From the human T2T-CHM13v2.0 reference genome, Homo sapiens, in NCBI RefSeq assembly GCF_009914755.1, contig NC_060925.1: a stretch of DNA of 64,000 nucleotides. One strand, written 5' to 3'. Position 1 is the first letter of the stretch. Each line of letters starts with the position of its first letter. Made by a program: the position numbers and the translations under genes. Below the pieces are notes generated by a model. That model saw nothing but the letters and a program-made list of their open reading frames with translations. It searched no databases and was not told where the DNA came from. Shown one piece after another: positions 27,913-41,214 of this stretch.

Positions 27913-28674
27913 CTCAGCTTCAATTATGAAGAGTAAATGCTAGCAAAATGAATTGATGAATTTTTTCTTTTTAAATATTCTATCCAATATTTTGCATGTC
28001 CAAAACACAAGGTAAATTTCACCTATATTTAGGTGTTGTAGAAGTCCAACAAACTGGATTTCATATATGCACAAAACAAGCCATAATCCAATTATTTTCA
28101 TGGGATAAGTCATTCCCTAAGGGGATAATTCCCTTAGGGATAATTCCCCTAAGGGAATGACTCATTAGGGAAATTATTCAAGTAATGAATCTAACTCCCA
28201 GCAAACAAGATATATAAGGTATGCAGTTCTATTCATTTAAACATTCCACCTTTTTCTGAGTATCACATATGTCAAGACAGTCATTGCAAAAACATTTGCA
28301 AGCTGCATGTGGAATGTGGCAAAATTCCTTTTTAAAAAAACCGATAGTGTTTAAATCCTATCCCAACTCTCAGAGACTTTTCTTATTTCATAATGCCCCC
28401 CTACTCCTACAACTCCCAAAATTACTCTAATTTATTCACATAACTCTCTGCTAACTTTAAGTTTTTTGTATCAATTCCCTAACAAAACATTCCAAATTGT
28501 TCTATCTTTTATTCATCTCATCGAGTTCCACACCAAGTCTTCCTCCAACTGGAGTCACACCCCAATTTCTCACTCCTCAGTTCAACTTTAGTTTTCCTGA
28601 CTACCAATTCCAATTGCTAAGAAATGAGAAGTATATTTTGAGTAAACTAAATTACATACTCAAATCACTGTTGA

Positions 28675-29075
28675 GTGTATCAGTGAAGGTAATGCTGGCT
28701 GCTGAGAGAGGTAAATCATGACAACTTAGTGCTTTACTACAATGAAAGTTTTGTTTTCTGGCTCATGTAAGGTCAAAACAATGTTTCCTTTCAATGGCAG
28801 TGACTGAAGGACCTAGAATCCTCCCTTTTAGAGGCTCTTCCATCTCCTTGGTTTCATGACTGCCATCAGAAGGGAAGAGAGAAAGAACACTGAACACAGA
28901 TGTTCATGACCCAAGCCTAGAGGAGGCATGCGTTAATTCTGCTCACATGTGAGTGGCCAGAACTCAGTCGTATGGCCACACCTAACTCCAAGACAGCTGC
29001 AAAAAACAGTCTAGATTGGTGCTAGGGCAGAGTAGGTGTATTACGCGCAAACGGATTTGGCCAATCTCTGCTACA
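28675..29075. mobile_element. Old MaLR LTR (MLT1J/K-like)
   Basis: tgtatcagtgaaggtaatgctggctgct...tctgctcacat...tggccagaactcagtcgtatggccacacctaact. Confidence 0.65.
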
Positions 29076-29172
29076 CTGAACATCTCTTGTATGTTCTTAA
29101 ATACTTACTTAATAACCTTGGTGTTAAGAGAGAGACATAAGAAATGAAAGCAACTGTATATCTAAAAATGGT

Positions 29173-29470
29173 GGCCGGGCGCGGTGCCTCACACCTGTAA
29201 TCCCAGCACTCTGGAAGGCTGTGGTGGGCAGATCACCTGAGATCAGGAGGTCAAGACCAGCCTGACCCCATCTCTACTAAAAATACAAAATTGCCCGGAG
29301 AATGGTGGCACATGCCTGTAATCCCAGCAACTCGGGAGGCTGAGGCAGGAGAATCACTTGAACCCAGGAGGTGAGGGTGCAGTGAGCCAAGACCGTGCCA
29401 TTGCACTCCAGCCTGGGCAACAAGAACAAAACTCAAACTCAAAAAAAATTAAAAATAAAATAAAAATAAA
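29173..29470 (+). mobile_element. Alu (AluS-type) with a short left-arm deletion, inserted in an L1M 3' end
   Basis: Alu dimer lacking aacatggtgaaa. TSD aaaaatggt. Followed by aaaatggtaaatttcatgttacatatattttt (L1 3'UTR end). Confidence 0.92.
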
Positions 29471-30050
29471 AATGGTTAAAAATGGTTAAAATGGTAAATT
29501 TCATGTTACATATATTTTTGCCAAAATAAAAAGGATCTTAAAATCTTTTTGATGAGACCAAAAGACATAGTAAAAAAAAAAAAAAAAAAAAAGTTCTAAA
29601 TCAAACATGAGCAAATGTCAAAATATAATTAAAAGCTAAGTATAATATAATCTTCATGTGTTTTATCAATACTACATAGAGTTCTATGATTTTTATCATA
29701 AATAGGATCTCAGCCGGACTTGGCCTGTCTGCTCTGGTCTAAAAGATGTGAGGAGAAAAAAAGAGACTTGTTAATATCATAATATTATCTTAAACCAGTA
29801 ATTCGAATAAAGAGATCTCCTCAAATATTAGTATCTTAAAATTATAAAGTAGATAAATATTAAGGGTTAATACAATTTGGAGCCAATCAAAATGCAATAA
29901 TCTCTTGTCCTTTTCCTTTTATTTTTTACGTATTCCCAGATGGTCCAACTATTCCGAAAAGCTCACGGTATATACTCTTGAGAAAATAAGCATGTAAAGC
30001 ATTCTTTTAAAGTACTTGCCACACCATATTCTACTGGCAAATAGGGCTAA

Positions 30051-30758
30051 TGCTGGAGCTCAGAAAACAATACTCCAAAATATGGCACTTCAGCACACAA
30101 AGTACTTTGCACTGGAAGGTATCAGAAGCAGCCTCAGAACCTGGATCTCTCTCATCTTCTCCTGCCCTCCTGTCTCTTGCCCCTCATTCTCCCCCAAAGC
30201 AAGTACAGACACCAGAATTCCTCCTCACCAAAGCAGATAATAAAGACTAGATCTCTCTTCTCCAAAGCCAGCCATAAAAACTACAATTACTACTCTAACC
30301 TTCCCCTCACCTTTCTGTCTAGGAACTGGCCTAGACAGAAATTCTGTCTAGAAATTCTCTGACCTACCCTTGTCCCAATAATATAGGTCATAAGACCCTC
30401 ATCAGAGGGGTCCTGTCCCATACCTGGGAGGAAGAAACATTACAAGAGAGAGGCCAAGAAGAATCTGAACAGACAGGTCTTGGTGAGTTTTTATATGCAG
30501 TCTATTAATATTAGATCATAACCTTTTTGTCCAGTCCTATTTCTACATAGCTGTCCATTTTTCACTGAACCTAAGCACTGAAAAATGGATAGTTGTCCCA
30601 TATGTTTGGGGTCTTCACTCTGAAGGCTCCTGTGTCATGTAAAACTATAATTAAACAGATTTGTTATGCTTTTCTCTTATTACTCTGTATTTTGTTATAG
30701 GAGTGTTGGCCATAACCCTTATGATGGGGAGGAAAGGGATCATTCCCTTTCCACTACT
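30051..30758 (+). mobile_element. ERV1-class solo LTR (MER39/MER34 family)
   Basis: tgctggagctcagaaaacaatactccaaaatatggcactt start, ggtcataagaccctcat, aggccaagaagaatctgaacagacagg, ttttgttataggagtgttggccataacccttatgatgggga. Same family as 1256-2069. Confidence 0.8.
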
Positions 30759-32784
30759 ATACTACCAAATATAAACTAGTAGTACCCTTATAATTCTTAT
30801 ATTTTCTTACTATTTTTTACATAATGGAGAGAAAAAGGAGTTAATAACCCTGGGAAATTTACTATGCCAATGTAATCCTACCTACTTTTAGAAGGTATCA
30901 AAATATTTGTAGAATTAAAAGAATGCCACTGCTAAAAGGAAACAAATTTGTGTAGTATTAGATAACACTCCTGTTGCTTCCAGGCAAGGCACATCAGAGG
31001 TGAGATTACCCTACAGATAACTTTTTTAAGAAAAGATATAAGTAACCTAGGTATTATAATTTTCTAGATAACTTTTAAGTAACATAGACGTTATAATAAT
31101 TTTCAACTTTTATAGCAGATTTAAATTTCTACATATTATATAACAAAATCTCTAAAGGAGCCAAGCATAAGACATTCCAAATAATTTCCAAACACATTTT
31201 GGCTATGAATACATTTCAGTTTTACAGTCATTAAAATTTACACAGCTTAGCAGGTCACAGCAGGTGTTACGTTATTCTCACGAACAAAAGTTTAACATTA
31301 AGAACAATTCATATATTTTGACACATCTGCTATATATATTCGTGTTGCAAGGACTAGACTGCGAGCTTAAGGTTTTATTATATTATGCTTACATTTGAAC
31401 TGGTTATCATAAAAAAGAAACATTATACTATAAAACTTCAGAGAAAAAGATATACATTAAAATAGCAACAACCTAAATTTACTCTATAATATAAAGTTCC
31501 ATCAAAGCAGCTCCATCTAAATGTTAACATGTCTAAATATTCTGTGCATGCTTCTGAGTACATGCATATGAATAAAATGCTAAGGGGAAAACAACATAAT
31601 TGCCAAAATTTGTTTTATAAAAGGCATTTCCCCCATCACATAACTTCACCATTTCTAGTAATCATCACACCCCCAGACCAAAGCACGAAGTTAAAGAAGG
31701 CCCTTATAATACACATAAAAAGTCAACAACTTCCTTCAGACTAAGAAGAACAAATTCTAAACTAGAGAACCCTGGATGAGAATGACCTGCCCAATCCCCA
31801 CTGAAAAAGATGGAAAATTTTTTCCTAAATGGAGAGAATCACATAATGATTCATGTCTTCAATAAAACATCAACTAACTCAGAAAAAGAAATACCATGGC
31901 AAATTATACCTCAAATATTATATTAGACATGAGCAATGTAAAAACAACTATCACCGTAAGAACCCTGTCTAGGAAGCAATTAATCTTTCTCAAGAAATGC
32001 AGTAAGTCTGGGCACCCATTTTCAAAATTATCAAGGCCACTTTTCATTTAAACATTAACATTTATTATTTTCATTTAAAATGTTCAATGTGAAATTGTTA
32101 ATATGTTAATATGTGTTTTAATACATTAGTTTATAAGTAATAATAAGGTCTGAAAAACAATTTATAAAAATGACTATATGCTGTTATGCTCAAAATAAAT
32201 CATAAACATTTTTCCCAGCTCACACCAGGCCCTTTATCTGAGGGATTATTACAAAGCAACTAAAAACTCAATCACAATATAACGAAAATAATGTTAGCTG
32301 GCATAGGAGAGTGTTTTGAAGTGCTTTCTGAATACCTCAGTCTCACACTCAAATCAGGAGCATCTGTCCACCAACTGTCAAGATAACGTCTAGCCTAGGA
32401 GTTTTCCTGAATTCATCACTATTCATAGATGCCTGTCACTATTCAGAAAAAGAAGAAAGAAAGAGCCATACTTTCAAAGCTATTTTCTTTTTCTATATGT
32501 CCTAGTAGAGGTGAATATAGAATTTATCACTTTGAAGCCAATGTAGTCTGAATCAACCGGTCCTCCATCTCCAGATCTAAGAATGCAAGTTAAATGTTCT
32601 CTAGAAATTATAGATAATTCACTATGTCATATTAATACTTCTCACTTATATTACTACTGATTGAAGGATCTGATCCCTAGACTCAAAGCCATTACCTCAC
32701 CATTACTTTCACAACTAGAAAGTACAATCCAGCCACCAACCCCTATGGAAAATGGCACAATCAAGAGTAAAGTGTTTCCACTGA

Positions 32785-33068
32785 CGCCAAGCACTGTGAT
32801 TCATGCATGTAATCTCAGCACTTTGGGAGGCCAAGGTGGGAGGGCTTGAGGACATCATATGAGTTTGAGACTTGGGTAGAGATCCTGTCTCTACAAAAAA
32901 TACAAAAAAAAATTAGCCAAGCATAGTGGAACCTGCCAGCAGTTCCAGCTACTTGGGAGTCTGAGGTGGAAGATCACTTGAGCACAGGAAGTGGAGGATA
33001 CAGTGAGCCATAATGCACCAGTGCACTCCAGCCTGAGAGACAGAGTAATATCTGTCTGGGGAAAAAAA
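32785..33068 (+). mobile_element. Old Alu (AluJ-like), diverged
   Basis: Degenerate Alu dimer. TSD-like aaagtgtttccactg / aaggtgttttcattg. Confidence 0.85.
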
Positions 33069-34061
33069 GGTGTTTTCATTGGCTTCGTTTTAGATGCTGC
33101 TGCAAAATTCAAGTTAAAGCTGTCTCTCTCAAGAAACTTCATTTAAAATGCATTCCTATGAAATTTATATCCTTATTTTCCGAGTCAGAAACAACAAATT
33201 TCATTTTATAACAAACATAAATAATCCTCAAAGTATTCAGAAATGCTTTTCTGAGCCACTGTAACAATGCTGTGTGATACAGGAGAGGAAAACAAGACTG
33301 TCATCCCTGCAGTCCTCAAAAGAAAAAGTTAACACCAAACAAACAAGATAATACAAGGTAGGCCAAAATCTAGAAAAATTGAGGGGAAAAAAAAAAAAAA
33401 GAATCCAGAAAAAGGTAAAACTACCCGTTACTGAGTATGCAGTTGTACCATTTTCTACTTTACATACTAACTAGTTCAGTCAGTAATATCTCTATTTTTA
33501 GTTCCTTAAACCTACATACATTAGAGAACTATTAGGTGAGCAAATCAGTAATCAAGACCAAAAACAGAGAATCAATAAGGAATTTAGTTTTCAAAAGCAT
33601 ATTTTTTTCAAATGCAAAAGTAAGGAATTTTTTCCTACATTATAAGACTTATGGTATCTTAATGTTTATTTATTTCCATAATAATTTAAGGGAATGAATC
33701 TTCAGTTTTTGTGTAAATATGACTTACCATGGCACTTAATACAAATGCATCCATCTTCTGGGATCCAGACCCACAAGTTCTAATTTCATTTTCTGGAAAA
33801 CTACACTTTTACCAAGGATTAAGGGGGTTCTAATACAGGTGGACTATTGCCCTCCCTTTAAGAAATACTAATTTAAGAGCTCAGTATCTCCTGGGAGAAA
33901 AAACTGAATTTTAAACTAAAATCATTCTTAAATCATTCAGATCTCTGGCCAACAAAATACTTTCCAGTTTCTGAGGGAAAAAAGATGAAGAAAAGGCAAC
34001 TATTGTTATAAAATATCCTACAATATAGAAGAAAAATCAGGTACACAAGAAACAAAAGTAG

Positions 34062-34365
34062 GGTTGGGCACAGTGGCTCACACCTATAATCCCAGAACTT
34101 TGGGAGGCTGAGGTAGGAGGATCACTTGAGGCCAGGAGTCCAGGACCAGCCTCGGCAACATAGCAAGACCTTGTCTAGACCAAAAAAAAAAAAAAATTAA
34201 ATTAGCCTGGCATGATGATGCATGCCCGTAGTTCTAGCTACTCGGGAGGTTAGCTTGAGCCCAGGAGTTTGAGGATGCAGTGAGCTATGATAAGGCCACT
34301 GCATTCCAGCCTCAGAGACAGAGCGAGCCTTGTCTTTAAAGAAAAAAAAAAAGAGAAAAAGAAAT
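34062..34365 (+). mobile_element. Old Alu (AluJ-like)
   Basis: ggaggatcacttgaggccaggag, gagcccaggagtttgagg, gagctatgat (J-type). Confidence 0.9.
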
Positions 34366-36427
34366 GAAACTGCAATAAGGGCAGTAAGAAAAGTTCTGGA
34401 AAGTGTTGACAGTTTCAGAAGGAAGAGTTTACTTTCAAATGGTGACAAGGGAAGACAAGATACAAGAGGTGAAACTTGAGCTATAACTTGAAGGGTTGAT
34501 GAGTAGGACTTCACCAGTGACTAGAGTGAGTGAAGTATTCCATGGGGGCACTGTGCTATCTGCAAAGATGCAGGAAAAAAAATTATAACACCACTCTCCA
34601 GGAATATGTGACCAATCTAGCAGAATAACAGAACAGAACTCAGCCTTTTTTGTGTCTCTACTTCAGAGACAAGAATAATATACTCCAGCAGTAACACTGC
34701 TCACTGCATACGGAGATTTGCAAGGGTTAAGGGTCGGGGGCATAACCACAGAAATAAGGTCCTTGTGACAACTAAATAAGATAAAATATTATATTTAAGA
34801 TCATTACATTCCTTTTGAAGGTCACTTTGACTACTTCAATATACAGTTCAAATATATTTAATTCTTCCAAAATACCATTGCCAAAAAAAATTAGTGAAAA
34901 GTGGTAACTGGCTTATATAATTTCGACGATTTAATGAAAACAATACATATGCCACATATACATGGCTAAAAGATGTCACAGTTGATTCAAAATGGATAAG
35001 CAATATATATGTTGTTACAATTTTCAAAGTAATAGCTAAAAAGTACACACAGAAAGGTGTTTATACACATTCACTCATCTATCTGGCACTTCGTAGAAGA
35101 CTAGGAAAGCTACTGGCCTTTTTAAAAGGTTAGTTCTCATAAAGGCCTAGTGCAGGCAGCTCTGGAATTTCATGCCTCCAACATTAATGTCTGGAATTTC
35201 ATACCTCCAACATTAATGTCTAGTATGCTGGTGGGTGCTACTCATCTTTTCAAATCTGTTTTAATTATTCTGTTGCTGGGCATTTTAACAGATCTTAAGT
35301 TTGATAAATTTAGAATTCCAACTGGAGGTTAACCCACGCCCCAATATGTAAGCCAAATCCATTTCAATTATTTACGAAAGGCAGATAATATCAGAACAAG
35401 ACTGATTATTTAGGTATTAAAGGATGTATAAGTAAATTCCAGTGGTGAAATCTGGAAAAATTATCTGGATGAAGAGTCAGGTGTTTTTTAACGTGTGGGA
35501 AAAAGTTGTGGGGTTAATATTATTTGATCTGCTTACTAAATATAAAAATATTTTACACCTATAAAGTGAACTCAATTAATGCAGGGAACAATCTAAAATA
35601 TGGCAAATATTTAATATGGTTGTTTGGTAATATTTAAGTTCAGTTTCTATAACTTACAACAGGTAAATTCTCAAAAGAAGTTGTCAATTTTCTGAAAATC
35701 TCAGTCTGTGGTTGCTCAACTTAGCAACCAATATTCTCTTTTTCAACCCAAAAGAAAGTTAACATTTATCTATGAACAAGCACTCAGTCCCACAGCCATG
35801 AGAGTTGTCAAAATAACAGGAAGAAAAATGGACCAAGGATATATAAAGCTGAAAATGGGTCAGAATGCTCAAATTAAGAATCAAACTTATGTTTTTATTT
35901 TTCTTGCTTTTTCTTGCAAGCCAGGGCATCCTCATGAAAAAACAGGTAAGAATTTGGCAAGAATAGGGATAGAAAGCAAAAAGAAACTTGTTTTCCCAAA
36001 CATCTGGCATCCTTCAACAAACTCTGGCAATGAAAAGTCAAAGCAAAGCAGATAAGATTCTGCCAATCACCTTCTACTTAGGCAGTGGCAATAGGTGGCC
36101 TAGCCAAGGCTCCCTGCCTGAGCTGAGAAGAGATGTCAGTATTGTGGTAAAGCCCACCTCCTTGGTCTTCAACAGATTCCTTCCATACCCCCAGGTTATG
36201 ACAGAAAATGAGCAATTCACACAAGCATAAATGTGAAACATTAACATTTAAAAGGAGCCTAACCTACATAATAAGTGCTGAGGCTGAATACACATTGTGG
36301 GTCAAAATCAGGACAAGGCAGCTCAACATGGCATCTGTTAAGGGAAGAAAAATAAAGGGCAGACAAAAGACAACATTTAATCCTAGGTTCAACCTTCATA
36401 AATCAGCATACAATACCAAAAGTAAGT

Positions 36428-36721
36428 TAGTTGATTGATTGATTGATTGATTGAGACAGGGTCTTGCTCTGTTGCCCAGGCTGGAGTGCGATGGTACAAT
36501 CTCAGCTCAACACAGCCTTGACCTCCTGACTCAAGCAATCCTCCCAAGTAGCTGGGACTTCAGGCATGCACTACCATGCGTGGCTAATTTTGTTCACTTT
36601 TTGTGGAGATAGGGTCTTGCTATGTTGCCCAGGAAGGTCTAGAACTCTTGGCCTCAAATGATCCTCCCACCTCAGCCTCCCAAATTGCCAGGATTACAGG
36701 TGTCAGCCACTGCTCCCAGCC
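36428..36721 (-). mobile_element. Old Alu (AluJ-like) with a (GATT)n tail
   Basis: (ttga)n followed by gagacagggtcttgctctgttgcccaggctgg... Confidence 0.9.
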
Positions 36722-37039
36722 CCAAAAGTTTATTATTATAAGGACTCTTACTCTTCATTGTAATTTATAGGCTGAAATTGCAAAACTGAAAACCCTATTC
36801 TTGCAACAATAACTTGAGGTATTTAGAACTCATGACACCAAGTTTCACATCCTCTTTCTTAAGTCTGCAGAAAAGGAACCTCCATCCTTATAGTTCAAAG
36901 TCTTTCTAGCAAAGAAAAAAAGAGAACCAAGAAAAAAAAGCATCATAACTATTTTGTAAGTATCAAACTAAAAAATTTGATATAATCTTAGTTTAAAAAA
37001 ATAATTATAACACTGATTTGATATTTAGGCATAGAGGGA

Positions 37040-37585
37040 TGTTGGTGTTTTATAAGAATTGACCTGACTATAAGCAGCACTCAGCTACATCTCTCAAAAA
37101 TAAGGGAAAGCCATTTTAAGAGCTTGAAGTAGTATGTTGTAGTCCTATGACATTAATAGTTTAACGGAAACCACATACAACTTGAAGACTAAAACTATCA
37201 ACTCCCTAAACAACTCACAGTGTACGTTAACATGACTTGACTATTCAGGGAGAGCCTCACCCTGGCAAACGGTTTGATTGTTCATCACAGCAAACTCCTG
37301 AAACACGCATCAACGATTCAATAGAAAGCCCCAACAGTATGTAAGATTTTTTGAATCCCTTGCTGTTGCATAATGGTCATCATCCAATTTTAATCAAACA
37401 CACACACATACCCAGTATTCACTCAACCTCAACCAAACTTTGATTCTCAGTACATACTATCCTTGCTTTCTTCCCTCCAAGAAACCGCCAAAGTTCTAAC
37501 CAGGTGGTGTACTCCCTTTCTGTGACAGGCAATAAACTCTATCTATAGGTTGTGAGGGAGACACTTGGGCAGCCAGCACTTGATA
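37040..37585 (+). mobile_element. Probable old ERV LTR fragment (family uncertain)
   Basis: LTR-like layout with caataaactc polyA signal followed by a U5-like tail ending ...cacttgata. Confidence 0.35.
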
Positions 37586-38039
37586 CTATGCCAGCTGTAA
37601 GTTTTAATCATTCAGGAATATAGTGCAAAGAGTACTGTGAACTTATGGTGTGCTAATGCATCATACTAGCAATTGTGAATTTAGATCATAAACCTTTGTA
37701 TTTCACCTAAAACTTTATGGGAACAGATAGGACAGGACAGGCAATCCCAATGCTTTTGTAGAAAAACTGTCTGGTCATATGCTGTCAGTTCTTCACGATT
37801 TCAAAGAATAACCACTTGAAAGAAAATTTTCAAAAATCTAAAGACTTAATAAAACTAAGATCAATGAGTTTTAAAGTACGTGTCATTAAAAGCACAAACT
37901 CATTTGCAGTCTATGGACTCTAAGGCAAGAGTCATATGCCAGACATCCCAGAAGAGGTAAAAAGTTATTAGAGACAAAAAGGACTTCAGGGAAACTTAGT
38001 TTTTCCTTAGGGAAAGGAGTCCTCCATGGAGTCACATGG

Positions 38040-38590
38040 CCCTCCAATAAGTAGGCATCAGGTAGTGTATCAAGAACTGATACAAGATCAGAAAGGAAGA
38101 GCCAATGAGTTAGGAGAAACCAAGGTTGGGTTTCAAGAATTGAGTTGCTACTTGTGCTGAATGATATTAAGAGATGGAGAAAAAGAAAGAGAAAAATGTT
38201 CACGCGGATGTCAATGATTTTTACTAGACTCTTCAGAGGAGTAAGAAATCCAAATAAACTAGAGTTTAGGGCAGAAAATTAACTACAAGGTGAGAATATG
38301 AAAGATGCCAGTGTGGACAAACCATGCAATAAAATTTTATTAAAAGAGAAGCAGAAATAGAGGCAGTAGCAGAATGGGAAGCAATATGTCAAGAGGGGGC
38401 TTTTCTTTTTAGGATGGAAGATACTATTGCACCTTTATATGCCGGTGTGAATGATAAAGCAGAGAGGGAGAGACTGGTAATACAAGAGAGGTAATGATTT
38501 GAGATTTTGAAAAGATTAAAAGGGTGGAATTCAAAATACTAGTGAAAATAAGAGCATATGCACTGAGTTTAAAGCATGAGAATATGGTGA
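38040..38590 (-). mobile_element. L2 LINE fragment
   Basis: gaattgagttgctacttgtgctgaatgatattaag, agtgtggacaaac, aaaagagaagcagaaatagaggcagtagc. Confidence 0.55.
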
Positions 38591-38599
38591 GAACATAAA

Positions 38600-39000
38600 T
38601 GGGTACAGCCTTTCCAGGAAAAAAATCAAGTACCTCATAGATTATAAAGAGACATGAAAGTAACCATATCCTTTGAGCCAGTAATTTCACTCATAAAAAT
38701 CTACCTTAAAAAAAGATCTGAAATCTATCTTAACTGTCTAATGATCAGGGAGAACTGTTAGGTAAATAATTATAAAATGCTATTAAAAGTCCTTAATGAT
38801 ATGGGAAAACGTTCATAATATTAAGAGAAAAAAAGCAAGATATAAAATTCCAAATGTTGTATTTTAAAAATAAAAATATGTGCATAGACAAAAGATTAAG
38901 GAGACATAAAATATTAGTAATATCTCTGGACAATAAATGATAGATTACAGTGTTCTTCTTTATGTATATTTTTCATTTTCCCTAATAAGAATGGGTCACT
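38600..39000 (+). mobile_element. Old L1M (L1ME-like) 3' fragment
   Basis: catatcctttgagccagtaatttcactc, gatatgggaaaacgttcataatatt, aaaatattagtaatatctctgg. Confidence 0.6.
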
Positions 39001-39105
39001 TTATTACCAGAATAATTTACTTTCATCTTGCCTGTATTTTCCAAGTCTCTCTACTGACACCTTCCTAACAGCTTTAAATATTTGTGTATTTCAGAAATAA
39101 AATTG

Positions 39106-40278
39106 TGATAGTGGCAGGAGGCAGACAAATTCCTAGGCAGATTGGGACAGGTCCCCAGTGAAACCCAACCTTCAGGGCACACACAGCATGAAGCCTGAAA
39201 ACCTGGCTGCTCCTTCTAGCTGGAATCCACAACCTGGAGGGAGAATTTCCTTTACGCCTTTCAGCCAATGAAATGGTGTTTTTTCCAGGTCCACCCATGG
39301 ACCACTCAGCACGCACTTCCTCCTGCCCAGGGACCAATCAGCACACACTTCCTCCATTTTGAGCCCATAAAAACCCCAGCTTCAGCTGGACTCAAGGTAA
39401 GTAAGGACTACCCTTAGGAGCTGCCCGCTTTGGGTCTCCTCTCTGCTGAGCTGTTCTGCTACTCAGTAAAACTTCTCCACCTTGCTCACCTTCCAGTTGT
39501 CCACGTAACCTCATTCTTCCTGGACAAAGGACCAGAATTCGGGACCCACCCAACAGTGGGCATGAAAAGGGCTGCAACACTTTCCTGGCCAACTCACCAA
39601 ACTGTGGTGGTGACATGCTCCCATTTGCTGGACTGCAGGAGTGAAAAGCAGTGACACTTCTGGGGGCCGAGACATCAGGATTTCCCAAGCCAGGGCTGTA
39701 ACACTATAGCCTTCCTGCCTTCTGCCTGCATTGGGCAGCTGCCCCATGTGACAGGAAGTGGCAGTGGAGCTGGGCCAGCCTGGGAGCCGCCGGCTGGGGT
39801 GAGGTGGTGGGACTGAACAAGCTGAAACCTGCTCCCCCTGCTCGCCGAGCCGCGGGTGGAGAGAATGAGAGAGCACGCCTGACCCACTCCTTGAGGCTCT
39901 GCAGTTGCTGGCGTCCCCAAGTTTTTAGGTGCCACCGCATCCCCCTTTTCCAGACACCAGCACCTGCACCAGAAACTACGTGTGGTACGCCTGCTCCAGC
40001 TGCAGCCTGGCAAGGAGCCGGCACCTCTGCCAGCACCCAGAGCTGCCTGCCCCACCACAGCTGGCCGGACCCTGTGTTAGCTCTCTCACACACCCTTCAG
40101 TGCTCTGAGCCTGGTTTGCCCTCATCAGGCGTGGGATCCGGGTTGGGCGAACTGAGTGCAGCCTGCCGGGCTGAGTGGGTGGAACGAGCACAGTGGGAGT
40201 GAGTGAAACTCAAGCAGGGGCGCCACAGGCCACAATGGTTCCCGGCTGGCAGAGTGACACCTGAAGGATCCCGTGACA
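39106..40278 (+). mobile_element. ERV1 solo LTR, MER52 family (about 1.17 kb, GC-rich)
   Basis: Starts tgatagtggcaggaggcagacaaattcctaggcaga. CCAAT boxes and cataaaaacccc TATA-like box. Ends gtgacacctgaaggatcccgtgaca. Accounts for the cluster of GC-rich ORFs at 39074-40439. Confidence 0.88.
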
Positions 40279-40874
40279 TTTCGATTATTTCTGCTCATAG
40301 CATAAACTCTTATATGTAAGTATCTACCACATGCCAAAATGAAAGCAAAAAATATATATAATAGCCTGCTGTAGATATATATTATGTTGTTGTAGCAGCT
40401 CATGTTTTCTACCATCCATACGTTTAAGATAAATGGCATGCAATATCACCAATAATAAGGCAATAGAGAACAAAGAGTCTGCAAGAATTTAGAAAACACT
40501 TGCTTTGATATACAGCAAGAACTAAGGGGCAAGAAGAGGTAATGGGCAAGCTCTGAGTCACTCTTACTGGATGGTCTCAGTACAGCAACAGTAACTAGGA
40601 TAAGCCAAGGCGTCCTCTACGCACATAGTGAGGCCAGCTTGAAACAAGGAAGTACATAGTTGCAGACTTGGAAGCTAGCCACCGCAGCTATTTAAAAATC
40701 AATAGAGAGATTATTTTTTAAACCCTCTTTATCCAAAAAGAGTGTTCTGTGAAGAGAAATAGAAGGCACTAGAAGTGACGCACTGAAAGATCTCAGTTCA
40801 TGGAATGATCACATTTGTAAACTAATAGTTTGTGCCTCTTTTTAGAGTCAAAAGTCAGTAAGCTCAAGTCAGTA

Positions 40875-41065
40875 AGCTCTGGGTTGGAATTCCAGCTCCT
40901 GTTTATTAGCTGTGCAACCATGGACCAATGTACTTCACTAACCCTCAGAATCTTCATTTATAATTTCAGGATTATGATATTGTACTTATAGAGCTTTGAA
41001 GAGGATAAAATGAAATAAAATGGGAAAACACTCAGTGAAATGCCTCATATGTAATTACCATGTAA
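40875..41065 (+). mobile_element. MIR SINE
   Basis: ctgggttggaattccagctc...ttattagctgtgcaaccatggac...gaggataaaatgaaataa. Confidence 0.7.
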
Positions 41066-41214
41066 CGGTTTTTCCTTTCTTCCTAATTTCATTTACCACC
41101 TTCACAATTTGTGTCATATTCACATGCCATCTACATTATTTACTTAATATTGTTCCTCATATAGATTTACATATTTTTTCTAAATAAATTTCGCCTCATC
41201 TTAACAACACTACC

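Noticed and set aside
35708-36438. Chain of 76-115 aa plus-strand ORFs
   Set aside because: No recognisable domain or coding-like composition; expected by chance in 64 kb.
39074-40439. Cluster of 60-132 aa overlapping ORFs on both strands
   Set aside because: They lie within or overlap the GC-rich MER52 LTR, where stop codons are rare. No protein-family resemblance.
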